64,000 bases of DNA, taken from positions 1,736,001-1,800,000 of the forward strand of contig CM007990.1 of NCBI GenBank assembly GCA_002189035.1. Direction: 5' to 3'. Each line of letters opens with the position of its first letter. The stretch's first letter is position 1. The stretch is from Utricularia gibba (Eukaryota; Plantae; Magnoliophyta). A model generated the notes under the pieces. It was not told the origin of the DNA. It saw only the letters and a list, made by a program, of their open reading frames with translations, and searched no databases. Positions 12,698 through 25,548 of the stretch are shown in pieces. A program made the translations under genes and the position numbers.

Positions 12698-14705
12698 CTA
12701 CTGTTGGGCGCATTGCACCCGCTGGGCGCCACCGTGCATGTCTTCGTCCTCCTCGTAGGCTTCCTGATGCTGTGCTTGCTTTCTCCTCAGCTCCTCCTCG
12801 ATGTTGTTGACATTATGAAGGGTCGTCTCCTCGCAGTCGTCCAGCTCCATGTCCGTCAGCTGGGGCTGCGCCTTTGGAGGAAGAACTTTCACAAGGGCAT
12901 CCACCTGATCTGAGCTCAAGGAATCCGGGAACTCCACATTGAAGTGGATGTACAGACTACCCTTCATGAAGGGCCTCTGATACATCGGCATCCCTTCATC
13001 ATTCACCGCCTTGAAGGAACCTGTAGTGTTCAGACATAATCAGCATGGAAATGGACGAGATGCAATGCTCCACTCAATACTCACCAGGCTTCACAACTTC
13101 CCGTGGTTCTGATTTTATGAGCAGGCGTCTTCCGTCTAGATGGATCATTACAAACTGGAAACCGCACAGAGCCTCAGTAAGTGAAAGTGCGTGCTCGATG
13201 AAGAGATCATCACCCTTCCTCTTGAACTTCGAATGGTCTTTTTGTTGGAGTACAAAGACTATGTCTCCTGTAACTGTGTCTGGCTGCAAAAAGTATAATT
13301 GCACCAAAGCTCATGAGTGTGTGCACTCTCATGTACAAGAGGAAGAGATCAATTAAACTGAAAGTCAGCATACCGCTTCATCTGCTTCACCGGGAAACGT
13401 AATACGTTGTCCATTCTGCATCCCCTTCTCGACGTGAACCTCCAGAACCTTCTTCTCCTGAACAACTTTCGCTCCCTTGCAATGAGGGCAACGGTCTCTG
13501 TCGTTTATGGTTTCCCCCGTCCCCTTACACTCATTACACGCATGCTGCATTTGCTGAATCATTCCAGGCCCAAGCTGCCTGATCGAGACCTTCATACCGC
13601 TTCCTTGACACCCTGAGCACTTCATCGATGCTCCAGATTTTGATCCTTTGCTGCAAGCACCCAAAGAGTATGAATGCCTGCCCTAATCCCATCAAAATAC
13701 CAGCAGTAAACAATGGCCAGAGGCTCACCCATCACACTTGGTACAGATCACATTACGCGATAAAGATAGCTTCTTGGTGGTTCCAAGATATAAATCTTCA
13801 AGAGAAACCTTCAGCTGATGCACCACATCCTCGCCTCTTCTTTGCCTCCTTCCTCTGCTACTTCCACCTCCTGGTCATAACCCACAAAGTTTTAGGCTGA
13901 GGGTTATACTTGGCTACCAGACAATCGTAATAGCACAAGCCACAGCGATGAAGATACAGAAAGCTATCTTCAATTGTTCCTTACCTCCAAACGGGCTGCC
14001 ACCAAAGAAGGATGAGAAAATGTCGAATGGGTCGTGCATGCCACCGGCTCCACTGCCCATTCCTTCCTTGAGTGCATCTTCGCCATACTGATCATATATA
14101 TCACGTTTCTCAGGATCACTGAGGACCTCATACGCGTGTGCAAGTTCCTTGAACTGTAGCAAACAAGTTTTTCTTCTGTTAGTTGTCAATGATTAGAGAG
14201 ATCTCTAGCGCACCATATACGAAACGAGTGGTTGCTGCCATACATTAAGAGCAATAAAGTACGCTTACACCTCTAATTCCTCTAAACTACCCCCCACGGA
14301 ATCAAAGACTGCTGATGCCAAATGACTCACTGATACATAATGAGACATAATTCTGACCACGATTCATTTCTTTTGGCATGAGGAGCCAAAAGGCCGTCTC
14401 TAGTGAACAAATTGCACCTATTTAAAATATACCCGCTACATCTACCCGATTTAAATCACTTCCAGAATCACATGGGTAGAAAAGATCAAGCACCCATTCT
14501 ACGAAAGAAACTCTTACGCAAACATTACAAAAAAAGATGGGAAAAACCAAGATACCTTCTCCGGATCACCACCCTTATCGGGATGGTTTTTGATAGCTGC
14601 TTTCTTGTACGCTTTTTTCAGATCATCGGGCGATGCTGTTTTGGGCACTCCGAGGATATCGTAGTACCTAGTGCTGTCGCTCTTCTTTGGCGCCCTCCCA
14701 AACAT
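12698..14705 (-). CDS. Type I DnaJ/Hsp40 co-chaperone (Arabidopsis J2/J3-like), 6 exons, 419 aa
   Basis: Exons complement(14556-14705, 13985-14153, 13729-13870, 13374-13650, 13085-13283, 12698-13020) = 1260 nt. J-domain with HPD ([16 protein letters not shown]), G/F region, CxxCxGxG repeats, C-terminal CAQQ farnesylation box. Confidence 0.97.
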
Positions 14706-14911
14706 GTTCACTCTCAAGGAACCCTAACTGGGCAACCAAGGAATTTGCGGACCGACAGAGAGAACCAGGCACAAGATCTCGGCGACGGTAACGCACACGG
14801 AGAGCCAAGAGAAGCAACAGACGGGTGGATACCGGCTGTGGCCTCACATACATATAAAACCTACAGACGGTGATGATTAGATCCATCAAATAATGGACGG
14901 CCAGGAAATTT

Positions 14912-14926
14912 ATTCTAGACAGTTCT
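14912..14926. promoter_or_regulatory. Putative heat-shock element upstream of DnaJ
   Basis: aTTCt aGACa gTTCt: three alternating nGAAn/nTTCn pentamers with one mismatch, ~210 bp upstream of the ATG. Confidence 0.4.
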
Positions 14927-16289
14927 AGGGGTTTCGCGTTGAACCATTTGTTCAATACATAAATAATACTATTTCTGCTTTGGGGGTGTCTTGTGAACAT
15001 TGGTTGCCATTTCTGACTCCAGCTAGCCTCCAATAATAAATCAATTTATTTTTATTCTTAATAAATGAATTTTATTTCATAAAAACATCAATTTGCATCA
15101 ACTGACTCTAGAGGAAGGAAAGACATAGCATATGTAGGACGAGGGTGAAGGGAAGTTTCTATCATCTTGGCCTATGAACAAAATCGGTGTGACCCATCGT
15201 TGGAGCAAAGAATGGATGTACAAGAAGAAAAGGTGCACCACTTAGTCATGAGTTTTGAGTAATATGTGCTCTCAAGGGAGGGATCACCATATCAAGAGTG
15301 TGGTTTTTCGGTCTCGTAAGACTTCGTAACAATGGATTAGGGGATCAAATTAGACATTATTCTGTAGATCGACAATGGGAACATGGTATTTGTATTGATA
15401 TTTTTGAGTTTCATGGGAGGTTCCAGATATAGAATTTTCTGGGCTACTTAACGAATGTGGAGTGGGTTTTGGAATATAAGTTTGGGAGGAATATTTGGTG
15501 GCCCTAGTAGAGCATCGGCCTAGAGGGAACAAGTGAAGATGATTCAGCATCATATGGGTATTCCAACATTGTAGACCTGGAATAAAATGAAGCATTTGAG
15601 AGTAGTCTTTCTGTACTAAAATTATCATTGGCAACTCATCCAACAATTGGTGGGACTTCAACAGGTATTCAAATGAGTAGAAGAACACACTCAAGATTTT
15701 CTTTCATTTAATTATGAGAGTTGACCTGAAAGTAAGTAGAGATTAGTACATTAAGAGCTTGGAGCCAATCATTCATGAGAGATTGACACATGTTCTATTG
15801 ACAAATGAAAATTTCGAGTTGTTGTAAAATATTATTGTTTAATTAAATAAAATTTATAAAATATTATTGTACATGAATCTAGAAATTCACAGAAAATGCA
15901 TAATAGTTTGGGGTCAAACTCAAGTATTATGGATAAAAATCAGCTTAAGGGTGACTGTCAATATGAGAGGGAAAATCGATAATTGGCCAATTTACTAAGA
16001 TCGTTTCTAGTTTTAATGGCTTGAAAAACAATAAAAAAGAGATGAAGATTTTTACATGGAAATTGCCATAACGAAAAATCATAGAACTGGAGGAGCTCCT
16101 CCGGAGAAGATGAGTTTCACTAATATGAAAATAGAAAACTACAAAAGAGGGTAGTGGGTGCAGAATGCCGTCGCCCTATTCCCCCAATTTGAGTTCATAT
16201 CTATAGAGAAGATTTTGGATGGATCACGTACTTTTGTGTCTGACAAAATATGTCTGATCCTATTTGTGGTTTTGCTGGTGGATAACAAC

Positions 16290-17050
16290 GGGTCCATTTG
16301 AAAAGTACCCATCTCTCTCCTACCTAATTTGAAAAATATCCATCATCTCAAAACCTTTTGCAAAGTACCCATCTTTAATATTGTATTTATAAATAAATGC
16401 TAAAAAAACGAAATACATTGACATATCAGTGTATTTCCTGATTTTGTTTTTTTATATATGAGAATATATATATATGTATATAACTATATGCATATTCATT
16501 ATTTTATTAAAATTGTATGAAACAATAATTAATAATATACTATAGAATGTAAATTGTATACTATTGAAAAACGTTGTAATAAAATTTGATATATAATATT
16601 ATTAAATCTAAAAGATATAAAATAAATAATAATATAAATATTAGGTAACAATTATCCATATATTGTAATATTGAATCATTTCGTAAAAAATATGTAAATA
16701 TTATTTTTAATTATTATATTAAATGATTTCATCATATTATGTTTAATTCTAAAATATTGGAAATATGTCTCTATTAATGATATAATTGATATATATAACA
16801 ATTTATTTGAAACATATATTTTTTATAAAATAAATAAACATAAATATTTCTCGAACGCTTTTTAGAATCACAATTAACGTCCAACACATTTTGGACGCTG
16901 TTTCGAGTAGGAAGCCACGCCTAGGAAAGGTCTCATAAGTGAACACATATTGCATCACTCTTTCCAAACATGCGTATTCCGATAGAGTGATAGATCAACA
17001 ACCTCAGGGTTGTCCCCAAAATATTTTCATCCATTAAAACAACAAAATCT
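16290..17050. repeat. Left long TIR of MULE-2 (partner 28395-29078)
   Basis: Inverted matches throughout, e.g. CCCATCTCTCTCCTACCTAATTTGAAAAATA, AAAGGTCTCATAAGTGAA vs rc AAAGGTCTCATGAGTGAA, and TTGTCCCCAAAATATTTTCAT (17017-17037) vs rc of ~28424-28444. Confidence 0.88.
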
Positions 17051-17363
17051 TTGTGTGTTGGACGGTGCTTACAATAATAAGTAGCGGCAAACATATTTTT
17101 GGGCATCACTTCCAATTAGAAGTAGCGCCCAGGAAAGGTCTCATAAGTGATCCATACTGCATAACTCTTCCGGAACATTAGCATTCGAGTAGAGTGATAC
17201 AGTTTTCAATTTATACATATGAGATCAACAACTCAAGATTTCTCCCTAAACCGAAAGTGTAGTCATACACAAAACATTCCAAATAACCAACCAAAAAACC
17301 AAAAGTCTGTCACTACTACGAAATATCCATAAAAACATTCAAAATAAAGATCATGGCCATCTC

Positions 17364-18533
17364 CTACCATTTCTTCTCCTTTCCCTTCCTTCTTCCTTGA
17401 TTTCTACATGGCTCTTCCTCGGGATAAATTACTTGGATTGGGATTGGAATATCTTCAAGAGGCACATTCAAGCTTTGAAGTGTAGTCATGTAAGTGAAGA
17501 TTTGTCCTTCCTTTTCTTTCAGAAGGTGGTTGACATTATCTAGCTGCTTTTCCAATCTTTTATTTGCTGCATTGCTAGCCCTTACTTGTGACCTTTGAAC
17601 CGTGAGCTCCGCATTCAGTTGTTGTGCTTGTTTTCTCATTTCTTCAACTTCATTCTTGAGAGTAGCAATCTCGAGTCTAGCATTCTTGAGGTCCTCAACA
17701 ACACCTTCATTTTCCTTCACCAATTCTCGTAGTTGTTCTATCTCTTGTTGCTCAGAAGCCATCACGTCTTCCCCCATCTCCTCATTTTCACTTTCTTCAT
17801 CTATTTGTCTCTACTATGCTCTTTTCCTTCGACGTCCCCATCTTGCTTCCTCCTCTGCATGACTCCACTTTGGAACTCCATGAATATGCTGTAAACCTGC
17901 ATTAGATGTATTTGTAACAACAGAAAAGGAGCATGAATGATAACACAAAATTTACCTCGAACATTCCTAAGCACATGAGTAGTATTAAGCTCTTTTATTT
18001 GTTGCCATTGATAGTTTTTCCCCTGAAGACACTCCATCATATCATCATAGTCCTCTTTAGGCAGTTTGGATAGGACAAGGGAAATGTCCAATTGGCATAT
18101 GACGGTGGTATAACAATAATATTATACTTATACCAATTGGAAAATGCTCTTGGTGCCACATAGAGTAAATGTTGGTGATTGTAAGACTGAAAATACCAAC
18201 CACGAGTTCGGGGTTCTTGCTTCATCCATACAATGCAAAGGAAATGAATTATAGTAGGTTCGATTTCTTCTTCAGTGCAAAATTGCAAGAAAGTAAATGC
18301 TATAAGCAATGCTGATGGTGTAAGTGCACCCAATGGAAGATTCAAGTGAGTGAGTAAGTTGATAAAAAACGGATTCAAAGGAAATTTTATGCCAATTTGA
18401 AATGCCTTCACTGGGATTACCGTCCCTGCCTCATACTTAATGAGAATGACATAGCAGGAGTAGATTCACCACTTGGTATTTCAAGAGTATAATCATGTGG
18501 AATACCATATTTAGCACGAAATAGGTCCACCAT
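17364..18533 (-). pseudogene. Accessory gene A of MULE-2: TRP28-like domain + coiled coil + basic tail
   Basis: Acceptor TTTCAG|ATAAA ATG; MVDLFRAKYGIPHDY...AFQIGIKFPLNPFFINLLTHLNLPLGALTPSA...GWYFQS; intron 17897-17955; heptad-rich EQQEIEQLRELVKENEGVVEDLKNARLEIATLKNEVEEMRK ending QGRRKGKEKKW*. Carries frameshifts. Confidence 0.65.
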
Positions 18534-19327
18534 TTTATCTGAAAATGCATCATATCAGCAAGATACGCATGAATAGCAATATATTTTGTTGAATGTAGCT
18601 CAACTAATATTTCATTTTTCTCACAACAATGTCAACAGAAGTACATATTCTATCATCACTACGAATGAATAAGCCATTACACATTAACATGGACGACAAT
18701 TGTGTAAGAAGCGAGAAATTGCAATGTAATCTTAAAAATCGAAAAGCACCACCAGAAATCAGCAACATTGAAGTTACCTAATGGAGAAGGTCTATCTAAC
18801 ACCTATATTTTCCCAGAGCTTCACATTCGAGCACAATTGTATTGGCGCTGTGTGGTATGCGCTCGCGCAGAAGAAACCCCCAATTTTGATTGGTTTATTT
18901 CAACCTAATTTGCCTCTGTTGAGTAATTTGCGAAACCGGCTGTTTTATTTTTTTAGACATTGTATTACTCTTTCGGATTATACACAATCCAGAAGTGTCA
19001 TACCGTATGTTCGGGACGCTGCATGTAATGAGAAGTAGCGTCCAGGCAAATATCATCCTAAGTAGCGCCCTTCTATCCTTTGAGTGGAAAACATGATATG
19101 ACATAAAGCTAAAGTAAAATGTAATGTAGATTGTACGATTTAATCCAAACCATCCACTTGATGGAGATCCACCGGTCTAGATCTCATGATTTGCTAGCAC
19201 TATTTTGCTTCACCTTTTCAACTTGCTAATAAAAGGGCGTATTCTCATACTTCTTCATCTTTCACTCAAAGCTAGACTCTCATTTATAAGCAAGTCTGTG
19301 AGTGCTGCAAGCTTTGCAAACAAGGAG

Positions 19328-22300
19328 ATGAATACCAACAGCATCCTCGCAAAGATCTTTTATGGAGGTAACACAATTGAATACCCCAACAATTATAGGG
19401 CATATGATCGGCCACCAATATCCATATGAAGATTTGAGAGTTGTATTTCACTAAATTCTCTTCATGAAGAATTGTATTTGGTTTGTGGTATAGACCCAGC
19501 ACAAAACGAAATCCGAGTAATAATACAGGTTTTTGATTCTTCTTCTAACTGTACTCGAGTTTTGCGGATTACAGCAAACTGTGATTTGTTGTATGCTTAT
19601 AATCCAAGCCATGCACAAATGGGTTTCGACATTTTCGTGGAACGCATTTCAAAGAAAGTCCCTGAAGAAGTCTTTAACGTGGATTTAAATGTTTGCTATG
19701 CTGAAGAAGAAATGAATGAAGGTATGGTGACATAGAGAGAGAAGGGATTTTTTAATGTGTTGTTCCTGAAATTTAGCTTGACCATTATATAATCTATATG
19801 TGCGTAGGTGAGGAAACTCATGAGTACGATGTATACGCTTCTGATGATCCTGTAGGTTGCAATGATATTCCAGTAGATTATATGCAACACTGTGACGTCG
19901 ACTTCGATGTTCAGGGCAATGAGCCACTTGACGAAGATGACAATGGAACTGAGGAAACACAAGAAGAGGACGAGATGATCATGTTTGAATCATCAAATAG
20001 GCGATCTAATGTTGGAGATGGACGATGGATACCTCCATCTTTTATTACCAATAATATGGAAGATGAAGACGAATACTCCATGGATGTCACAGACCCTCTT
20101 CATGTGATAAGCTCTCCTTTTTCTAAACATCAGAGATTTGCATCAAAGGACGCCTTTCATAATGAAATGGTGATGTACACAATCAAAATTGGACGTGAAT
20201 TTAGGACATACTAAGTGCAAGATGGGATGCATATCGAATATCGTTGTTACAAGATGAAAGAGCAAGGATGCAAATGGCGGATTCGCTGTGCATACTTCAT
20301 TCGTGATGCTATTTGGAAGATAACTGCCCTAGAGGAGCCACACACATGTAAACGTTTGGTTCCAAAGTCACTATCTCATTGAAATATCACACCGGCGTAC
20401 ATAGCAGAATATGCAAGACCTTTTCTTGAAGTAGACTTCGGTATGAAAGTCAGCATTTGATAAACGAAAATTCCAAATGTCGTTGCAAAAATAGAAATTT
20501 CGTTATCAAATAAATTTATAAGCCTTAGTCTACACAAAATACAAATTTAGAAAACTTGTATAGTGGATGTCGAGGTCGATCACAAGGAGATGGTGCTTGC
20601 TAAGTGTTTTAGTAAATGTATGATTTCGGATAACAATAGGTCTTAGTCTAAGCTCGGACCAACAGTGGTAAACAAGTTCGGTAAATAGGATCAGTAAACA
20701 ATATCAGGTCTTAACGCTAAGGTAACAGGTACTGGTTTTAAATCAAAATAAAACTAACATGCCTTAAGGATCTACAGGTGGTGTGGTGCCAAAATTCCTA
20801 ATTTAATCTACCATGTTTCTATACTCACAACTTGAAATAACCTAAGTCTACCCAGGTCATTCACCATATTTTCGGCTAAGTTAGTCCTCCATATCATCAC
20901 CAACCTTACAATTAGGTCTACCCGCATGCAAAGCATATAGAACTAGGTCTACCCGGTTCTACTGGTTCTACCCCGGACTAACACCTACTGCTCCTGTCTT
21001 GATTTGTTGGTTTACCTCTAAACCAAGCATTTAAGTTGTGAAGCTACTTGTTCCCCTCCTTAGGTCTACTCATGGTTTGATAGAAACAAGAGCTAAGGAA
21101 CAATGGTCAATTTTATTAAAACTCCTAGACCCATACCACCATGGCTTACCTTAAGGCACTCATAGGGTTTAGCTACTTATGCTTTGAAGGTAAAAAGTAG
21201 TGGCATTAACAAAAAGAAACGAAAATGTTGAGAACATCGTGCAAAAGTTTGTTGCAGAAACTAAAAACATCAACAAGGTAATATAAAGCAGTAAACAGTC
21301 TGGTTTCCGTCTGCTACTGTTCCTAGACCGGAACAGTAGCGCTGAACTGAGTCTTGATCTTCTTCCTTCAAGCTGGAGGTTCTTCTCCAAAAAAATTCCT
21401 TTTCTTCTTCCTTCTCCTTCAGTTTCTTTGTGTTTGAGTTGGGGTTGGGGGAGAAACCCCCTCGTGTGTGTTCTTTGAAAATTCTAGGGTGAACTCCCTT
21501 TTTGGAACTCTCTCTCCTCATCTTTTCTCTCGCCTCCCATTGTCCAAGGCAAGTACATTCTCTAATAGATCTGTTGCTCCAGGCCCTGACTTGTAGACTG
21601 CCGCCATGACATTGTACTCATTGCCCCCCCCTGCACCTTGGTTACTTGCACGAAATCCAGATTTTTCCTTGATTCTTGGGTTGCTGCTAGACTCCAAAAT
21701 GAGGTTAGATATGGGGTGGGCTAAATCCTTTGATTTAGCCCACTAATTACACTAAAAATCACATTTTCCTAAATTGCCTAAAAACACTTAAAATTATAAA
21801 ATAAACACTTAAAAATAATTAAAAATTTATGATTTTCATATCCTAAAAACATGAAAATTTGTGTGCTATCAGCATTGTTCAACAAGTTATCAAAGAGAAA
21901 ATCGGCTATACTGTCTCCTATTATTGGTCATGGTATGACATGCCAAAAAGCTATGAAATTATTTATGGGATATGGGAGTCTTCAGTACCCCTTCTACCTC
22001 AATTTCTTTTGGAAGTACAACTTAGAAATCCAGGCACCATTGTGGAATATCAACATAGGCAGCCGGACATATATGAAACCAAGGTACTAAAATACGTATT
22101 TTGGTCTTTTGGACAATGCATTCAGGCATTCCATTTTTGTCGACCTGTGATCACGGTGGATGCCACCCACCTGTATTCGCGATACTCTCATAAATTATTG
22201 ATTGCCGTAACAGTAGACGCTTCTGGTCTCCTTTTGCCTCTTGCATTTGCGGTTGTAGACAGTGAAAATGATGACTCGTGGTATTGGTTTTTTCAGTTAC

Positions 22301-23358
22301 TGGATCAGCATGTGGTTGCTAACAGGGCATGTTGCATTATATCAGACCGGTGCCCCTCTATAGAAAATGCGACATCAAAAGTTAGGGCATTCATGCCTTA
22401 CAAAATACACCTAGAAGCATGGGAGTACCTAAATCGATTACAATCTGAATCCTGGACTCTAGCATATGATGGAGGAGCAAGGTGCTGTCACAAATATTTT
22501 AATGCTCATCTAATGTTTAATCAACATGATTGCATATTATGTAGGTGCGGGACCTTAACAATAAATCAATTTGAAGGCATGAATGGAGTATTGAAGAGCG
22601 CGAGACACCTACCCCTGTGCTCATTGGCACAGGTACCATTGATTCTAGATGCATATCCACAAATATAGTTACCAATGCTTTCCTTTTTTATGAGCAGGCT
22701 ACATTTGCGCGATATGAGCACTACTTTTTTGATAGACTACAAAAAGCACTACATCAATGTCAGCGACACATTATGTTCGCAGACCAACCTCATAAACTAT
22801 ACTCAAATTGAGATAAACCAATCCCTCATGCATCAATAAAGATAGTTAGAAAATGTTCAAAAGAAGATTCTGGTTACTACTCGTAGGAAAAATGGAAAAC
22901 AAAAGAAGTTCATAGTGATGGTTAGTCAAGGCACGTGCGAGTGTAGGAAGTGGCAAAATTTTGGAATTCCATGCTCCCATGCCCAATAGGTACATGCTCG
23001 ATTCCGTTGATTATGTATTTTATCTTTTGCATTATACTCACTTGTAACTTCATGTTTGAAGGCATCCCGAATGCTAAACATTGATCCTAAGGATCTGATC
23101 GATTCCATGTTACATCTTGACCAGCAGATTCGAATATATGAGAATCAAATTCAGCCATTGCAATATGAGGATAGATGGCCACCGGCACCGTTTTTAATGG
23201 TCCATGACTCCAATCGTAAAAAAAATGTCTACCGTGGGAGACCCCAGTCAACAAGGTTTACAATGACAATGGATTATCAAGGTAGAAAATCGGGACGATA
23301 TACGGGTAGACGGGACGAGTCACTTGAAACAGAGTTCACTCAAGAAAGTCAGTCATAG
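19328..23358 (+). pseudogene. MuDRA-like transposase of MULE-2, interrupted by a solo LTR
   Basis: N-terminal IFYGG (PB1-like) region, acidic linker, MuDR DBD (RFASKDAFHNEMVMYTI...CKWRIRCA...LEEPHTC), MULE domain (VITVDATHLYSRYSHKLLIAVTVDASGLLLPLAFAVVDSENDDSWYWFF), SWIM (CECRKWQNFGIPCSHA). Removing the LTR restores MKVSI|VQQVIKEK. Confidence 0.9.
20458..21871 (-). mobile_element. Solo LTR, 1414 bp
   Basis: TGATA...TATCA termini; perfect 5-bp TSD GCATT (20453-20457, 21872-21876); no internal retroelement sequence. Orientation is inferred. Confidence 0.88.
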
Positions 23359-23629
23359 AGACATCGTGCATCATTTCAGGCATCGTACCATCCGAACCAA
23401 TACCCCATCGATGTGCAACCTAGATCATCGATGCATTATTCTACGACACAAGGAATGTATGATACACATGAGTCCGGTACCTCTACTACACAGAGTGTTC
23501 GTGGGAAAAAGTTATGGGGTTTTTCTTTGTAAGTAAAAAATGAATTAGCATGTCATTATCATTGTATTGTAAAGAATGTCATATAAATTATTTTACACTA
23601 TGCCATACACAAAACAACACTCTTTCACC

Positions 23630-23890
23630 TCTTGGGCGACGCATAGACACGTAAATAGCGCCCAAGGATGCTGAAGGTGTCGTTTATATCCATAAGCAAC
23701 GCCCATAGCATCCTTGGGCGCCGCTTATACATCTAAGTAGTGCCCATGACATTATGAACCAATGCCCAATGCATTTCTGGGCGTCGCTTATATCCATAAG
23801 CAACACCCATAGCATCCTTGGGCGCTGCTTATGATTTGTAAGTGACGTCCAGGAATGTCTAGGCGCTGCTTAACATAGCAAACAACGCCC
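23630..23890. repeat. Array of alternating-orientation AAGYRRCGCCC-like motifs
   Basis: About 12 copies at ~20-21 bp spacing, e.g. TAAATAGCGCCC, TAAGCAACGCCC, GGGCGCCGCTTA, GGGCGTCGCTTA, GGGCGCTGCTTA, TAAGTGACGTCC. The same motif occurs at 16870-17130, 19010-19075 and 28535-28600. Confidence 0.85.
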
Positions 23891-24367
23891 TTTGCTTAGA
23901 GAGTCAGAATTTTGTAATAATAAACTGTTAATTATTTACTTCTTTGCAATTTGTAGTCATAATGTTCTATTTTGTTAGTAAAAATATACTCAAGACCTTG
24001 TAAAAAAAAATTCTAGTTAATTTTTTCAAATATTGTTGGAAAAATACAAAATACTTCAAAAAATTAAATATATACCTACCTCACTTAAATATACACCAAC
24101 TCCCTTTTCAAACCCTATACCCTCTTATTCTCTTCTCCTCTTCTCCTCTTACCCTCTTCCATCGCATCTTCACCAACTTTCACCTTCAAAATCTCCACCT
24201 TCTTCTTCACTGTGTATGTAAATTTTTCTTCACATAACTGCTTCATCTTGAGAAAAATCTTCTTTTGATAAGCACAACATTTCAAATCCAACCAACTCAT
24301 TCAAGGTATATGATGTCTTTCTGTTTTTTATATTTATTACTAACTCCACTAACATTCGTAATGATAG

Positions 24368-25548
24368 ATGACTTTTGGAGACAAGATTAGACAAAAGATA
24401 CTTAGTTCCTGAAAATTTCGTTATATCAGAGAAAGAAGAAGATGAACAAATTTCAGATCAACCACCACAACGTGTTGGCACTCGTGCTTTTGCAGTTAGC
24501 ACCGAACATTTTAGATGTGGGTTAAGGTTACCTATCCAACCCTTTGTAGAGTCCGTGCTTCGTTCGGTGCGGCTTCCATTATCTCATTTAACACCAGCTT
24601 CTATTGGAAATAGTATTGCATTCATGAGGTTATGTGAAGATGATGGATATCCGCTTAGTGTTGGTGCATTGTTTAGCATTGCAAAGTGTTCCAAGGTTGC
24701 TCACACAAATCATTTCACAATATCATCAAAGGCAGGAATTAAAATAGTCATAGGTTTATGAGATTCTTATGGAGATTGGTGGACTAATTTTGTATGAGTC
24801 ACTCCACCGAAAGACATGCAAATAAGAATACCTAGACATCTTTCAACCTCATCCATTGTTGGAAAACCAACAGGTAGAAAATGCTTCCTTTGCAAGACTC
24901 TTTTAATTTTCTTAACATTTTGTATGTTTTCAACTAATAGTTTTTTTTAATATTATAAGGTATCCAACTATTGGATGAAGATGACAAACAGTGTCTTAGA
25001 GCATTACTAATAGCAAAAGACATGAGATGGAGAGATATTGAACCACCAATTTCAAATGTCAGAGGTGCAATACGTATTTGGTGTGGCACTCCTTGTAGGA
25101 TAAGAACAGTGCAGACTCATCTCGAAAAACATGATGTAGAAGAAGAACATACAACACATCATGATGTTTATGAGGAGGAGATGGTTGGTTCATCGGCTCC
25201 ACAACAAGTAGAGGATCATGATGTTGTGCAATTGCGTTCTGAGCTTGAGGAGGCCAGAAAGGAAATAGACCAATTGAAGAAAACCATCTACCAATATGAA
25301 ACAAGATATCCAATGTTCACTTTGCAGTAAATTGATGCTTCAAGTCCAAAGAAACTAATCATTTTAGATATTAACGGTCTACTTGCAGATGTTGTGTACA
25401 TGGACAAGGGACGTGCAGCAAGAAAACCTAACTGCATCATCGAGCGAAGAGCAAGTAAGTAGTACAATTTTGTCACTCTAACTACTTGTGCAGTGACGAC
25501 ATTCTTTTTTTTTATTACAGTTTATTTAATACCAAATTGTAGCGAATT
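24368..25548 (+). pseudogene. Accessory gene B of MULE-2: TRP28-like domain fused to FCP1/NIF-like HAD domain (3' truncated)
   Basis: RYLVPENF...STEHFRCGLRLPIQPF...LPLSHLTPASI; phase-1 intron 24874-24959 keeps the frame; coiled coil ELEEARKEIDQLKK; KKLIILDINGLLADVV (D at 25367); phase-1 intron; then IYLIPNCSEFIK, cut off by an Athila-like fragment. Has stops and a frameshift. Confidence 0.75.

Noticed and set aside
15100-15720. Possible Copia/SIRE gag-pol fragment upstream of DnaJ
   Set aside because: Only vague motif hints; no LTR, TSD or convincing domain.
17311-17325. CACTACTACG resembling a CACTA terminus (also CACTACTAGAAAA near 62438)
   Set aside because: No matching inverted end, 3-bp TSD or CACTA transposase was found; both lie inside elements already bounded by MULE or hAT ends.
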